A DNA stretch of 64,000 bases from a virus. Taxonomy: Duplodnaviria; Caudoviricetes. Each line of letters opens with the position of its first letter. Position 1 is the stretch's first letter. Of this stretch, positions 8,546-17,328 are shown piece by piece. The notes under the pieces are model-generated. The model was given only the letters and a program-made list of their open reading frames with translations, had not been told where the DNA came from and did not search any database. The stretch is from the IMG/VR virus record IMGVR_UViG_3300042298_000319, positions 1,486 to 65,485 of that record; one strand, 5' to 3'. The position numbers and the translations under genes were made by a program.

Positions 8546-9895
8546 ATGCCGCTTGTCATTGCAGATAGAGTCCTTGAGACAACAACCACTACAGGCACCG
8601 GCACGATAACACTTGCCGGGGCTGAAATTGGGTATCAGTCTTTCTCCGTAGTTGGTGACGGCAATACAACTTACTACACCATTGCTGTAACTGGCGGCAC
8701 TGATTGGGAAGTAGGTATCGGTACCTACACCGCGTCAGGTACAACGCTATCTCGTGACACTGTTTTAGCGTCCTCTAATTCCGGGAGCCTTGTTTCGTTT
8801 GGTTCTGGAACCAAAAACGTCTTTGTAACCTATCCCGGTGCTAGAGCGGTGTATTACCAAGCCGCTGGTGGCGTTGTAGTCACAGACAACTCTTCTAACG
8901 ATGCGCTCCGCATCACACAGACAGGCACAGGTAACGCGTTGGTGGTGGAGGATAGTGCTAATCCTGACAGTACGCCATTTGTGGTGGGTGCTGATGGTAA
9001 ATTGCTGATTGGTGTTACATCAACTGCTGATGCGCCACCATTACAAGTTAATTCATCTGTTACTTATCCTGTAAATTTTAATGCGTGGAGAGGAACCGGA
9101 ACGCCCGGAAGCACCATAGCCCTTCGTCGCAGCAAATCAGACACAATTGGTACGCAGGCAATAGTTGCTGATGGAGATCAGTATGGGGCTTTAAATTTCT
9201 TTGGTAGTGATGGTACAAGCTTCGTTAACAGTGCAAGAATTGCGGCAGATGTAGACGGTACTCCCGGCACTAACGATATGCCCGGACGTTTGGTGTTCTT
9301 GACCACGGCTGATGGTGCTAGTAGTCCGACAGAACGGATGCGGATTGATAATGCGGGGAATATGTCATTAGCATCTGGCGGTACGGTTTCTAACCAGCGC
9401 GTCCGACTAGCAGGAAGTTTCACACAAGGCACAACTGGTTCTGGAAATTCATTTGGGTTTATTCAGGCTGGCACGGTACAGAGTGACGTAACAAACTTAT
9501 TTGTTACTTATAGGTCTGAGACTAGAACTGCTGCTGCAAGTTTTGCACTTGGTAATTACTGGCACTTTCAAGCATCGCAATTATCTATTGGAGCTGGTTC
9601 ATCTATATCTTCGCAAATTGGTTTTTTAGCTGAAAACACATTAACCGGCGCAACTAACAACTACGGCTTCTACTCCGACATCGCTAGTGGTACAGGTCGT
9701 TGGAACTTCTATGCGAATGGTACGGCGGCGAATTACTTCGGTGGAAATACCATCATTAATGGTGCTGTAGGCGTAGGAGCAGCAGGTTCACCAAGTTACG
9801 GCACCTCCGGTCAAACACTAACTTCTCGCGGTTCGGCTGCTGCACCCGTATGGTCTAACCCCGGCATCATCTCTGCCCTTGTATTTGGTTTATAA
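8546..9895 (+). CDS. Tail fibre protein 1
   Basis: N-terminal DRVLETTTTTGTG anchor; ERMRID beta-repeat; Gly/Thr/Ser-rich. Confidence 0.75.
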   Translation: MPLVIADRVLETTTTTGTGTITLAGAEIGYQSFSVVGDGNTTYYTIAVTGGTDWEVGIGTYTASGTTLSRDTVLASSNSGSLVSFGSGTKNVFVTYPGARAVYYQAAGGVVVTDNSSNDALRITQTGTGNALVVEDSANPDSTPFVVGADGKLLIGVTSTADAPPLQVNSSVTYPVNFNAWRGTGTPGSTIALRRSKSDTIGTQAIVADGDQYGALNFFGSDGTSFVNSARIAADVDGTPGTNDMPGRLVFLTTADGASSPTERMRIDNAGNMSLASGGTVSNQRVRLAGSFTQGTTGSGNSFGFIQAGTVQSDVTNLFVTYRSETRTAAASFALGNYWHFQASQLSIGAGSSISSQIGFLAENTLTGATNNYGFYSDIASGTGRWNFYANGTAANYFGGNTIINGAVGVGAAGSPSYGTSGQTLTSRGSAAAPVWSNPGIISALVFGL

Positions 9896-9904
9896 GGAAG
9901 CGTC

Positions 9905-10279
9905 ATGGCAAACCCAAGTATTCTTTCCGCGACTTCCATCATAGGAGAGAACTCGCTAACTTCTCTTACTACGACGGGGGCTACGTCCATTCTGAGTAAT
10001 GCTGCGTCAAGCAACAAGGTGTTCAAACTAAACAGCATTATTGTTTCTAACGTGGACGGTGCGACTCCGGCGGACATTACGATCAACTTCTACAGCGCGG
10101 CGGCACTAGGCGGAACAGCGTTCCCAATCGTTTCTACGTTGTCTGTCCCTGCGGATTCGTCGGTAATTGTCGTTGATAAAACCACAGGGTTGTACGTAAA
10201 AGAAAACCAATCAATCGGTGCTACGGCAGGCACCGCAAACGATCTTGTTGTAGTGGCTTCTTGGGAAGAAATTACATGA
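9905..10279 (+). CDS. Fibre-associated small structural protein
   Basis: AAGGAAG RBS; IIVSNVDG...VVASWEEIT. Confidence 0.65.
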   Translation: MANPSILSATSIIGENSLTSLTTTGATSILSNAASSNKVFKLNSIIVSNVDGATPADITINFYSAAALGGTAFPIVSTLSVPADSSVIVVDKTTGLYVKENQSIGATAGTANDLVVVASWEEIT

Positions 10280-11238
10280 GTCTTCGTTATATTGGTGGTC
10301 GTCTTGTTGGTAGTGTTGATACCAATACGTCTGGGATAAAAATCCCATCAGGCATTTTTACGCCTAACCAATTAACTGAAGCAGATATTCCAGCAGCCGG
10401 TCAACAGGAATACACCACCGCAGGTACTTTCTCTTGGGTAGCGCCACTTAACGTCACAAGCGTATCCGCTGTTTGTATTGGTGGGGGTGCAGGCGGTAAC
10501 TACTCAACTGCGGGTAACGGTGGTTCGGGTGGTGGCGGTGGTGGATTAGGTTGGAAAAATAACATCGCAGTTGTTCCCGGCACTTCTTATACCGTCATAG
10601 TGGGTGTTGGCGGCACCAGCTCTTCAACTTCTAACATTTCTGTTACCGGCGCAGGAGGCGATAGTTCCTTTATCAACACCTCGACTGTCAGGGGCGGTGG
10701 TGGGGCAGGCCCTTCTACCTTCCTTGTTGGTGGTACGGGCGGAACCTTTACCGGAGACGGTGGTGGTAATGGTGGAGCAGGGGGCTCTGCTGCGGGGACT
10801 ACTAGTGCCGGGGGTGGTGGGGGTGCTGGCGGGTATTCAGGCGCTGGCGGTGCTGGTAGCGCATCAGGCGCAGCAGCAGGCAGCCCCGGAACCGGGGGTG
10901 GTGGTGGTGGTGGCGCGGGGGGAGGCAGCGCAGATACAGGTGGAGGTGGTGGCGGCACTGGCATTTATGGTGAGGGCACAAGCGGGTTTGGTGGGTCTGC
11001 TACCGGCGGGGACGGTGTTGGGGCAGGGGGTGGTTCTGGTGGTGGTAATGGAACCCAGCAATTTACTGGTGCAAACTTTTACGCCACAAACCTACTATCC
11101 ACCCCCGGTGCCCCCGGTGGAGGTTCTGCGGGGTCAGATTCCACTGGGCTTGAGATGGCAAACGGCGCAGTAGGCGCGGTGCGTATTATCTGGGGTAAAA
11201 ATAGAGCGTTTCCTTCTACTAACACGGGTAATCTGTGA
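10276..11238 (+). CDS. Glycine-rich adhesin-like protein A
   Basis: ATGA overlap; poly-Gly runs flanked by GTFSWVAP...VCIGGG and GAVRIIWG. Confidence 0.75.
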   Translation: MSLRYIGGRLVGSVDTNTSGIKIPSGIFTPNQLTEADIPAAGQQEYTTAGTFSWVAPLNVTSVSAVCIGGGAGGNYSTAGNGGSGGGGGGLGWKNNIAVVPGTSYTVIVGVGGTSSSTSNISVTGAGGDSSFINTSTVRGGGGAGPSTFLVGGTGGTFTGDGGGNGGAGGSAAGTTSAGGGGGAGGYSGAGGAGSASGAAAGSPGTGGGGGGGAGGGSADTGGGGGGTGIYGEGTSGFGGSATGGDGVGAGGGSGGGNGTQQFTGANFYATNLLSTPGAPGGGSAGSDSTGLEMANGAVGAVRIIWGKNRAFPSTNTGNL

Positions 11239-11492
11239 TGGAACTGTATATTCGTATCGTTGACGGGCAACCGTTTGAGCACCCGATTATGGGCGATAAC
11301 TTCCGGCAGGCGTTTCCACATGTTGACGTAAACAACCTGCCACCTGAGTTTGCGCGATTTGAGCGAGTACCTTGCCCTAACCCAGATGAAGGTATGTACC
11401 TAGTTGAAGCGACATGCACTTATCAGTGGGTTGATGGCATTGTTAAAGATGTATGGCAACTGACGCAAGCGCCTATTCCAACGGAGGCTTAA
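11235..11492 (+). CDS. Probable fibre assembly/accessory protein
   Basis: Coupled to the Gly-rich gene; FRQAFP...PPEFARFER. Confidence 0.6.
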   Translation: MMELYIRIVDGQPFEHPIMGDNFRQAFPHVDVNNLPPEFARFERVPCPNPDEGMYLVEATCTYQWVDGIVKDVWQLTQAPIPTEA

Positions 11493-12764
11493 ATGCCGTT
11501 TGTTCTTAACGACAGGGTACTTGAAATATCGACGACAACAGGAACAGTCCCTTTCGTTTTGGGAGGCCCTCCTTCGGGCTACCAATCTTTCTTGTCAGGT
11601 ATTGGCGGTAGCAACACCACGTTTTATGCAGCGTTTAACACCGTTGCTAATGAATGGGAATTAGGTCTTGGTACATTGAATGCCGGAGCCACAGAACTTA
11701 CTCGCACAACGATATACAGTAGTTCTAACAGTAACTTAGCGGTTAACTTTTCTGCTGGCACTAAGAATGTCTTTGTAGCTCTACCTTCGTCACAAACGCT
11801 TACTGCCAGTCAATCAAACATTTTTACCGCTGCGCAGACGTTTAGAGCAGCTAGTGCGGTTCGTTCAGAAGCAGCAGCCACACAAGATGCTGTTGTACTT
11901 GCTGGACGGGCAGGCGGCACATCGTCTTATGCAGTAACTATAACTCCTACTACGCTGTCTGCAAACCGCACGCTAACTTTAGCAGACGGGAATACCACAT
12001 TAGTCGCAGGTACAACGGCAGTCCTTGGTACGGCGCAGACATTTACCGCAGCACAGACTTTCCGGGCAGCGAATGCAGTTCGTTCAGAAGCAGCAGCTAC
12101 ACAAGACGCGGTAGTGTTGGCAGGGCGCGCAGGAGGTACAGGTTCTTTTGCAGTTACTTTGACCCCCACTACGCTTTCTGCCAGTCGCACTCTGACACTT
12201 CCCAACGTCACTGACACTGTAGCGACGATTGGAACTGCACAAACATTTACTGCCGCTCAAACATTCCGAGCGGCGAATGCTATTCGTTCGGAAGCAGCTT
12301 CTACGCAAGATGCTTTAGTTGTTGCGGGTAGGGCAGGGGGCACAGGAAGCTTTGCCATTACGCTTACCCCCGATACATTAGCGGCGAATAGAACGTATAC
12401 GTTTTCAGACCCCGGCGAAAATGTCACCGTTGGGTATTTAAACATCCCACAGAATTCGGAATCGGCTGATTACACGTTAGTAGCGTCCGATGCTGGAAAG
12501 CATATTTTCCATCCCTCTGCGGATACCACTCCACGAACTTTTACAATTCCAGCAAACGGCACTGTTCCATACGCCATAGGCACAACAATTACTTTTATCA
12601 ATCAAAACGGAGCAGGGGCAGTAACCATTGCAATCACCTCCGACACAATGCGATTAGCGGGGTCTGGGGCAACGGGTAGCCGGACTTTGGCGGCTAATGG
12701 TATTGCAACATGCATAAAAGTCACTAGCACTGAGTGGCTTATTTCTGGGACCGGGCTAACGTGA
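11493..12764 (+). CDS. Tail fibre protein 2 with three internal repeats
   Basis: N-terminus paralogous to 8546; 3x FTAAQTFRAA..RSEAA.TQDA.V.AGRAGGT; C-terminal WLISGTGLT. Confidence 0.75.
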   Translation: MPFVLNDRVLEISTTTGTVPFVLGGPPSGYQSFLSGIGGSNTTFYAAFNTVANEWELGLGTLNAGATELTRTTIYSSSNSNLAVNFSAGTKNVFVALPSSQTLTASQSNIFTAAQTFRAASAVRSEAAATQDAVVLAGRAGGTSSYAVTITPTTLSANRTLTLADGNTTLVAGTTAVLGTAQTFTAAQTFRAANAVRSEAAATQDAVVLAGRAGGTGSFAVTLTPTTLSASRTLTLPNVTDTVATIGTAQTFTAAQTFRAANAIRSEAASTQDALVVAGRAGGTGSFAITLTPDTLAANRTYTFSDPGENVTVGYLNIPQNSESADYTLVASDAGKHIFHPSADTTPRTFTIPANGTVPYAIGTTITFINQNGAGAVTIAITSDTMRLAGSGATGSRTLAANGIATCIKVTSTEWLISGTGLT

Positions 12765-13612
12765 GTGGCATTGTTCAAGGATTACTTGCTAGTCTTGGCA
12801 CGGCGATCCCCGGTCAGAATGCATATATCGTCCCCGGCACTTACACATGGGTAGCGCCTGAACACGTGTCATCTGTTTCTGTTGTTGCTATAGGTGGTGG
12901 CGGTGGCGGTAGCAACGGTGCTGGTAGTGGCGGGGCGGGTGGTGGCGGGGGTGGCCTTGGCTGGAAAAACAATATTCCGGTTGTATCCAGACAGTCGTAC
13001 ACGGTTGTTGTTGGCGTAGCAGGAGCTAGAGGCAACACCGTAGCTAGTGATGGTGGAGATAGCTACTTTATTAGTACTGGAACTGTGTATGGGCAAGGCG
13101 GACGCGGAGCAACTAGCGCACTTGCGGGCGGGGCCGGGGGCACATTTGTAGGTGATGGTGGGGGTAACGGTGGTAGTTCTGGAACCTCGACCACAGCTTC
13201 TGCGTCTGGTGGTGGCGGTGCTGGTGGGTATTCCGGTAACGGCGGGGCAGGCGCTGCTACAGGTCTTGCCGGAGGAAACGGCGCTGGAGGTGGAGCCGGT
13301 GGCGGTTCTGCTGGCGGGTCGTCAGATGCCGCAGGTGCTGGTGGCGGTGTTGGTATTTTAGGTGAAGGCACGTCAGGAACAGGCGGGGCGTTTAGCGGTG
13401 CGGATGGTGCACCGGGTACCGGCGGTTCTGGCGGGGCAAATGGTTCTCCTACTCCGGGGTCAACGGCAAACCCATCCACAGGTGGAGCGTATGGTGGTGG
13501 CGGTGGCGGCGCAGAACTTTTAAACGAAAACGGCCCCGGCGCAGTAGGTGCAGTGCGTATTATATGGGGTACAGGGCGCTCTTTCCCTGCTACTAATACC
13601 GGCGATGTGTAA
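12761..13612 (+). CDS. Glycine-rich adhesin-like protein B (paralog of 10276)
   Basis: GTGA overlap; shares GGGGGGLGWKNNI.V and GAVGAVRIIWG..R.FP.TNTG. Confidence 0.75.
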   Translation: MSGIVQGLLASLGTAIPGQNAYIVPGTYTWVAPEHVSSVSVVAIGGGGGGSNGAGSGGAGGGGGGLGWKNNIPVVSRQSYTVVVGVAGARGNTVASDGGDSYFISTGTVYGQGGRGATSALAGGAGGTFVGDGGGNGGSSGTSTTASASGGGGAGGYSGNGGAGAATGLAGGNGAGGGAGGGSAGGSSDAAGAGGGVGILGEGTSGTGGAFSGADGAPGTGGSGGANGSPTPGSTANPSTGGAYGGGGGGAELLNENGPGAVGAVRIIWGTGRSFPATNTGDV

Positions 13613-13615
13613 GAA

Positions 13616-14932
13616 ATGCTTGGCTTTACTCCCCTCTCGCAGATACCGTTATCCAGCCTACCTGCGGCGGGAGGGACTAATGTCGCCGTTAATCTCACGG
13701 GCGTATTCGGTACTGGGCAAACAGGCACACTAGATGCGACGGGCACAGCAAATGTCACGCTTACTGGTGTTGTCGGCACGGGTCAAACCGGCACATTAGC
13801 CGCTACGGGCGATGCGCCTGTTGATGTTACAGGCGTATTTGGTACCGGCTTTGTTAACTCTGTAACGGTTGCGGCAAATGCGGATGCTGCGGTTACTAGC
13901 GTTACAGGTACGGGTCAGACAGGAACGCTTGATGCCACCGGCACAGCTAACGTAACTCTTACCGGAGTAGTAGGAACAGGCCAAACTGGTACTGCCACAG
14001 TAGCCGGTAGTGCTCCCGTAGATGTCACCGGGGTGTTTGCTACTGGTTTTGTAAACTCGGTTGCCACTACCGCGAACGCGGATGTGCCCGTTACAGGGGT
14101 TACGGGTACCGGTCAAACAGGCACGGTAACTACCAATTCGGATGGCAATGTAACACTGACAGGGGTTCAAGCCCAAGGTCAGATTGCAGCAAACAATCTC
14201 CAAGACGGCACACAGTTTTTTGGATTTGGCCCGATTGGTAGTGCGCCATATGGCGATGCCTATGAGCGGTACAGCTTTGCGTCAGGTGACGCAAATGTTT
14301 CGGTTACAGGCGTATTTGCTACAGGCGCAGTTGGTACTGTTGCTACCACCGCAGATGCAAATGTCCCTGTCATCGGCGTTTCTGCGCAGGGACAGATTGG
14401 GGACGAAGCCACCTCTGGTAGCGCCTCTGTTTATGTAGTCGGGGTATTTGGTACAGGGCAAACTGGGACATTAGATGCTACGGGCGATGCAAACGTATCG
14501 CTCTCTGGGGTATTTGCTACTGGCGAAGTTGGGACAGTAACTACGGAAGCGAATTCCGATGTGTCACCAACCGGGGTTTTTGGTACAACTCAGCTTGGGA
14601 TTGTTACTACAACCGCCGATGCAAATGTCCCGGTAATTGGTGTACAAGCTACTGGCGCAGTTGGCACTGTAATTGTTGAGCCGGGAGTCCCTGTATTTGT
14701 AGTTGGGGTACAGGCGACGGGTTTCGTTGGTCAGGTCATGATTTGGTCTCAGATCAATGACAACCAAAACCCTGATTGGCAGAACATAAATGATGCGCAA
14801 GGGGCGGTATGGGCCGCAATAAATGACGCCCAATCCCCTGATTGGCAGGACGTAAATAATGCCCAAGGGGGCACTTGGCAAACTATTGATGATGGTAATA
14901 ATGTGATCTGGCAAGAGATACCAGATCAGTAA
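13616..14932 (+). CDS. Repetitive fibre-like virion protein
   Basis: About 20-aa repeats (V.VTGV.GTGQ.GT) and C-terminal WQ.IND repeats. Confidence 0.7.
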   Translation: MLGFTPLSQIPLSSLPAAGGTNVAVNLTGVFGTGQTGTLDATGTANVTLTGVVGTGQTGTLAATGDAPVDVTGVFGTGFVNSVTVAANADAAVTSVTGTGQTGTLDATGTANVTLTGVVGTGQTGTATVAGSAPVDVTGVFATGFVNSVATTANADVPVTGVTGTGQTGTVTTNSDGNVTLTGVQAQGQIAANNLQDGTQFFGFGPIGSAPYGDAYERYSFASGDANVSVTGVFATGAVGTVATTADANVPVIGVSAQGQIGDEATSGSASVYVVGVFGTGQTGTLDATGDANVSLSGVFATGEVGTVTTEANSDVSPTGVFGTTQLGIVTTTADANVPVIGVQATGAVGTVIVEPGVPVFVVGVQATGFVGQVMIWSQINDNQNPDWQNINDAQGAVWAAINDAQSPDWQDVNNAQGGTWQTIDDGNNVIWQEIPDQ

Positions 14933-14935
14933 ATT

Positions 14936-15631
14936 GTGGACCCGCTCACCCTTCTAGCAGCAGCAAATGCAGCGGTCGCGGCAGTCCGAAAGGGCTGCGA
15001 GTTGTACAAAGAAATCAAGGGCACAGCGGGTGATGTAAAGGAAGTGTTGGATGACTTGAAGGAGCAGTACCACAAGATCGTCGACCCAACGCCGATACAG
15101 AAGCAGCAGTACAACGCGGAAGTGCAGCGGGTGCAGGAGATAGCGAAAGCCGATCCTAATGACGTTTTCACCGACATTGGCAATCAGTTGGGTGCGTTGA
15201 TGGACAGCTATGACGCAATCAGCAAGTTGTTCCTGAAGGAGCAGTTGGACGCGAAGCAGGTCTACAAGGGTGAAGAGAGTATCGGGCGGCGGGCGTTGAA
15301 GCGCATATTGATAACGGCAAGACTAGACGCTATGCTGGTAGAGATTCGAGAGACGATGACGTACCGAGCGCCGCCGGAGTTGGGCGCACTTTGGAGTAAG
15401 TTTGAAGAGATGTGGCAGCGGATCGTTGCCGAGCAGGAAGAGGCCCACGCAGAAGAACTTAGATTAGCTCAGATAGCAAGATGGCGACGCAAAAGAAGAA
15501 TAGCGGAACTCAGGGCAAAAGTGGCATGGATTTCAGCAGTCGTTTTCGTAATAGCGTGGGCGGTGGGACTAATGTGGCTAACGACAAGAAGCACGATTCA
15601 GAGGATGTACCTTGGTCACTTATCGTTGTAG
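14936..15631 (+). CDS. Helical protein with C-terminal transmembrane segment
   Basis: 231-aa ORF; WISAVVFVIAWAVGLMWL. Confidence 0.7.
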   Translation: MDPLTLLAAANAAVAAVRKGCELYKEIKGTAGDVKEVLDDLKEQYHKIVDPTPIQKQQYNAEVQRVQEIAKADPNDVFTDIGNQLGALMDSYDAISKLFLKEQLDAKQVYKGEESIGRRALKRILITARLDAMLVEIRETMTYRAPPELGALWSKFEEMWQRIVAEQEEAHAEELRLAQIARWRRKRRIAELRAKVAWISAVVFVIAWAVGLMWLTTRSTIQRMYLGHLSL

Positions 15632-15633
15632 TG

Positions 15634-15786
15634 ATGGCGGTTCTTTTGATGTTCTTCATCATTATGCCGATCTTAGCTTTTATGTACTACGACATGTACT
15701 ACGCGACGCAGGCAGCAGTGCATGAGGTTCGCAAAATGCGTGAGCTGCGCAAAGAAATACAACTTGAACGGATGTACGATAGATAA
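15634..15786 (+). CDS. Small membrane protein (start uncertain)
   Basis: MAVLLMFFIIMPILAFMYY...; frame is open from 15481. Confidence 0.5.
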   Translation: MAVLLMFFIIMPILAFMYYDMYYATQAAVHEVRKMRELRKEIQLERMYDR

Positions 15787-15792
15787 GGAGCA

Positions 15793-16308
15793 ATGATGCT
15801 GACGCTTATTTCGACCCTTGGTGGCTACCTAGTCGCCCTCTTTCCAAGACTGTTTGATCTTCTCCAAGACCGTGCGGATAAAAAGCATGAGCTAGACATC
15901 CTGCACATGCAGATGCGCCAGCAGTTGGCGCTGACCGACAAAGGCTATTCCCCATCAGATAAGACTGAGGAAGTCCGCGAGAACGACGAGCAGGATCACC
16001 AGCAGTACATGGCTCAGATCGGTGCCATCTACAACAATCAAGAAAAACTATTGGAATCGTCCTCCCAGTGGGTCAAGGATATGACGGCGGCTACCCGCCC
16101 GTTCGTGACGTTTATCTTTGTGTTCGAGCTTGTGCTGATTAACTTGCTGACCATGCTGTGGATATTTATGCACGGCGACAAGGTGACATCAATCGGCGAA
16201 CTGATCCAGATCATGGAGATCGTGTTTGACGCCGACGAGATGGCGCTACTCGGTACCATCATCGCTATGTGGTTTGGCTCCCGTGGTAACTCGAAGGCTG
16301 GCAAGTGA
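15793..16308 (+). CDS. Probable holin (3-TM, GTA-holin-like)
   Basis: WV......TRP..T and I...WFGSR motifs; upstream of the endolysin. Confidence 0.6.
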   Translation: MMLTLISTLGGYLVALFPRLFDLLQDRADKKHELDILHMQMRQQLALTDKGYSPSDKTEEVRENDEQDHQQYMAQIGAIYNNQEKLLESSSQWVKDMTAATRPFVTFIFVFELVLINLLTMLWIFMHGDKVTSIGELIQIMEIVFDADEMALLGTIIAMWFGSRGNSKAGK

Positions 16309-16379
16309 TTTACCTTGTCTATGCGCGGGTAGCCGCAACGGTGTTGCTATGTGCTTATTTGATAAGTAATCTGCCATGA
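16305..16379 (+). CDS. 24-aa hydrophobic micropeptide (absent from ORF track)
   Basis: MIYLVYARVAATVLLCAYLISNLP; GTGA overlap with holin stop and ATGA overlap with endolysin start. Confidence 0.5.
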   Translation: MIYLVYARVAATVLLCAYLISNLP

Positions 16380-16861
16380 AACTACCACTTGCCACAATTG
16401 CAATGATTAAGCATCACGAGGGGGTGCGGTATAAGCCTTACAAGTGTCCAGCGAAGTTGTGGACGATAGGTGTGGGGCATGTGCTGTACCCCGAGCAGGG
16501 CAAGATGCCCGTCGATCAACGCGATAAGTTCGCACTCAAAATAGAGGACTTCCGTGTATTTAGCAAAGAAGAAGTTGATTCGATCCTTGAGAAAGACTTA
16601 CAGCGCTTTGTCGCTGGTGTTCTTCGTTACTGCCCTGACCATCTTAACGAAAATCGCTTGGGCGCGTTGGTCAGCTTTGCATTCAATGTTGGGCTAGGCA
16701 CTCTCCAGAGATCAACCCTGCGACAGAAGCACAACCGTGGAGATTTTGAAGGTGCGAAGCAGGAGTTTCTGAAGTTCACGAAGGGCGGCGGCAAGGTCTT
16801 GCCGGGGCTGGTCAAGCGCAGGAATGACGAGATAGCCCTGTATTTTGCGGAACCAAAATGA
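16376..16861 (+). CDS. Endolysin, GH24 phage lysozyme
   Basis: HEG...Y.CPA..WTIGVGH catalytic motif; FNVG...STL; GLVKRR..E. Confidence 0.92.
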   Translation: MKLPLATIAMIKHHEGVRYKPYKCPAKLWTIGVGHVLYPEQGKMPVDQRDKFALKIEDFRVFSKEEVDSILEKDLQRFVAGVLRYCPDHLNENRLGALVSFAFNVGLGTLQRSTLRQKHNRGDFEGAKQEFLKFTKGGGKVLPGLVKRRNDEIALYFAEPK

Positions 16862-17319
16862 ACCCCTACCTGATCCTCGGTGGTGTTCTAGCCATTGGCT
16901 TGGCGGCTGGGGGCGGGTATTATAAAGGCAATTCTGCGGGTAAATCTGAAGTCCAGCAGGCGTGGGACAAAGAAAAGGCTGACCAGTACGCCGCTTACGC
17001 CAAAGGCCAAGAAGAAGCACGGCAAAAAGAACAGGAATTGCAGGCGGCAGCAGATAAACTGCGAAGGGAAAAAGATGCGCAGATCAGGGATATTAATGCT
17101 CGCAATACCGCTCTTGTTAACAGCTTGCGCGACAGGCCGGAGCGCCCCGCCAAAACAGATACCGTGTCCGGTTCTACCCGATCTTGCAGTGGAGCCTCCG
17201 GCGCGGAGCTGGCAAAAGGAGATGGAGAGTTTCTTGCAGGGTACAGTGCCGACGCAGCCCGCCTCCAAGCAGCCCTCGACCAGTGCATCAAACAATACAA
17301 CGCCGCAAGGCAAAAGTAA
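16858..17319 (+). CDS. Rz: Inner-membrane spanin
   Basis: N-terminal TM plus periplasmic coiled coil, ending ADAARLQAALDQC; follows the endolysin. Confidence 0.8.
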   Translation: MNPYLILGGVLAIGLAAGGGYYKGNSAGKSEVQQAWDKEKADQYAAYAKGQEEARQKEQELQAAADKLRREKDAQIRDINARNTALVNSLRDRPERPAKTDTVSGSTRSCSGASGAELAKGDGEFLAGYSADAARLQAALDQCIKQYNAARQK

Positions 17320-17326
17320 GGAATAG
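17075..17326 (+). CDS. Rz1: Outer-membrane lipoprotein spanin, nested in the +1 frame of Rz
   Basis: MRRSGILMLAIPLLLTAC lipobox followed by a Pro-rich mature region; AAGGGA RBS. Confidence 0.8.
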   Translation: MRRSGILMLAIPLLLTACATGRSAPPKQIPCPVLPDLAVEPPARSWQKEMESFLQGTVPTQPASKQPSTSASNNTTPQGKSKE

Positions 17327-17328
17327 CC

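Noticed and set aside
10587-13779. Pro-rich minus-strand ORFs (10587-10964, 13063-13779)
   Set aside because: Reverse complements of poly-Gly codons in the adhesin-like genes
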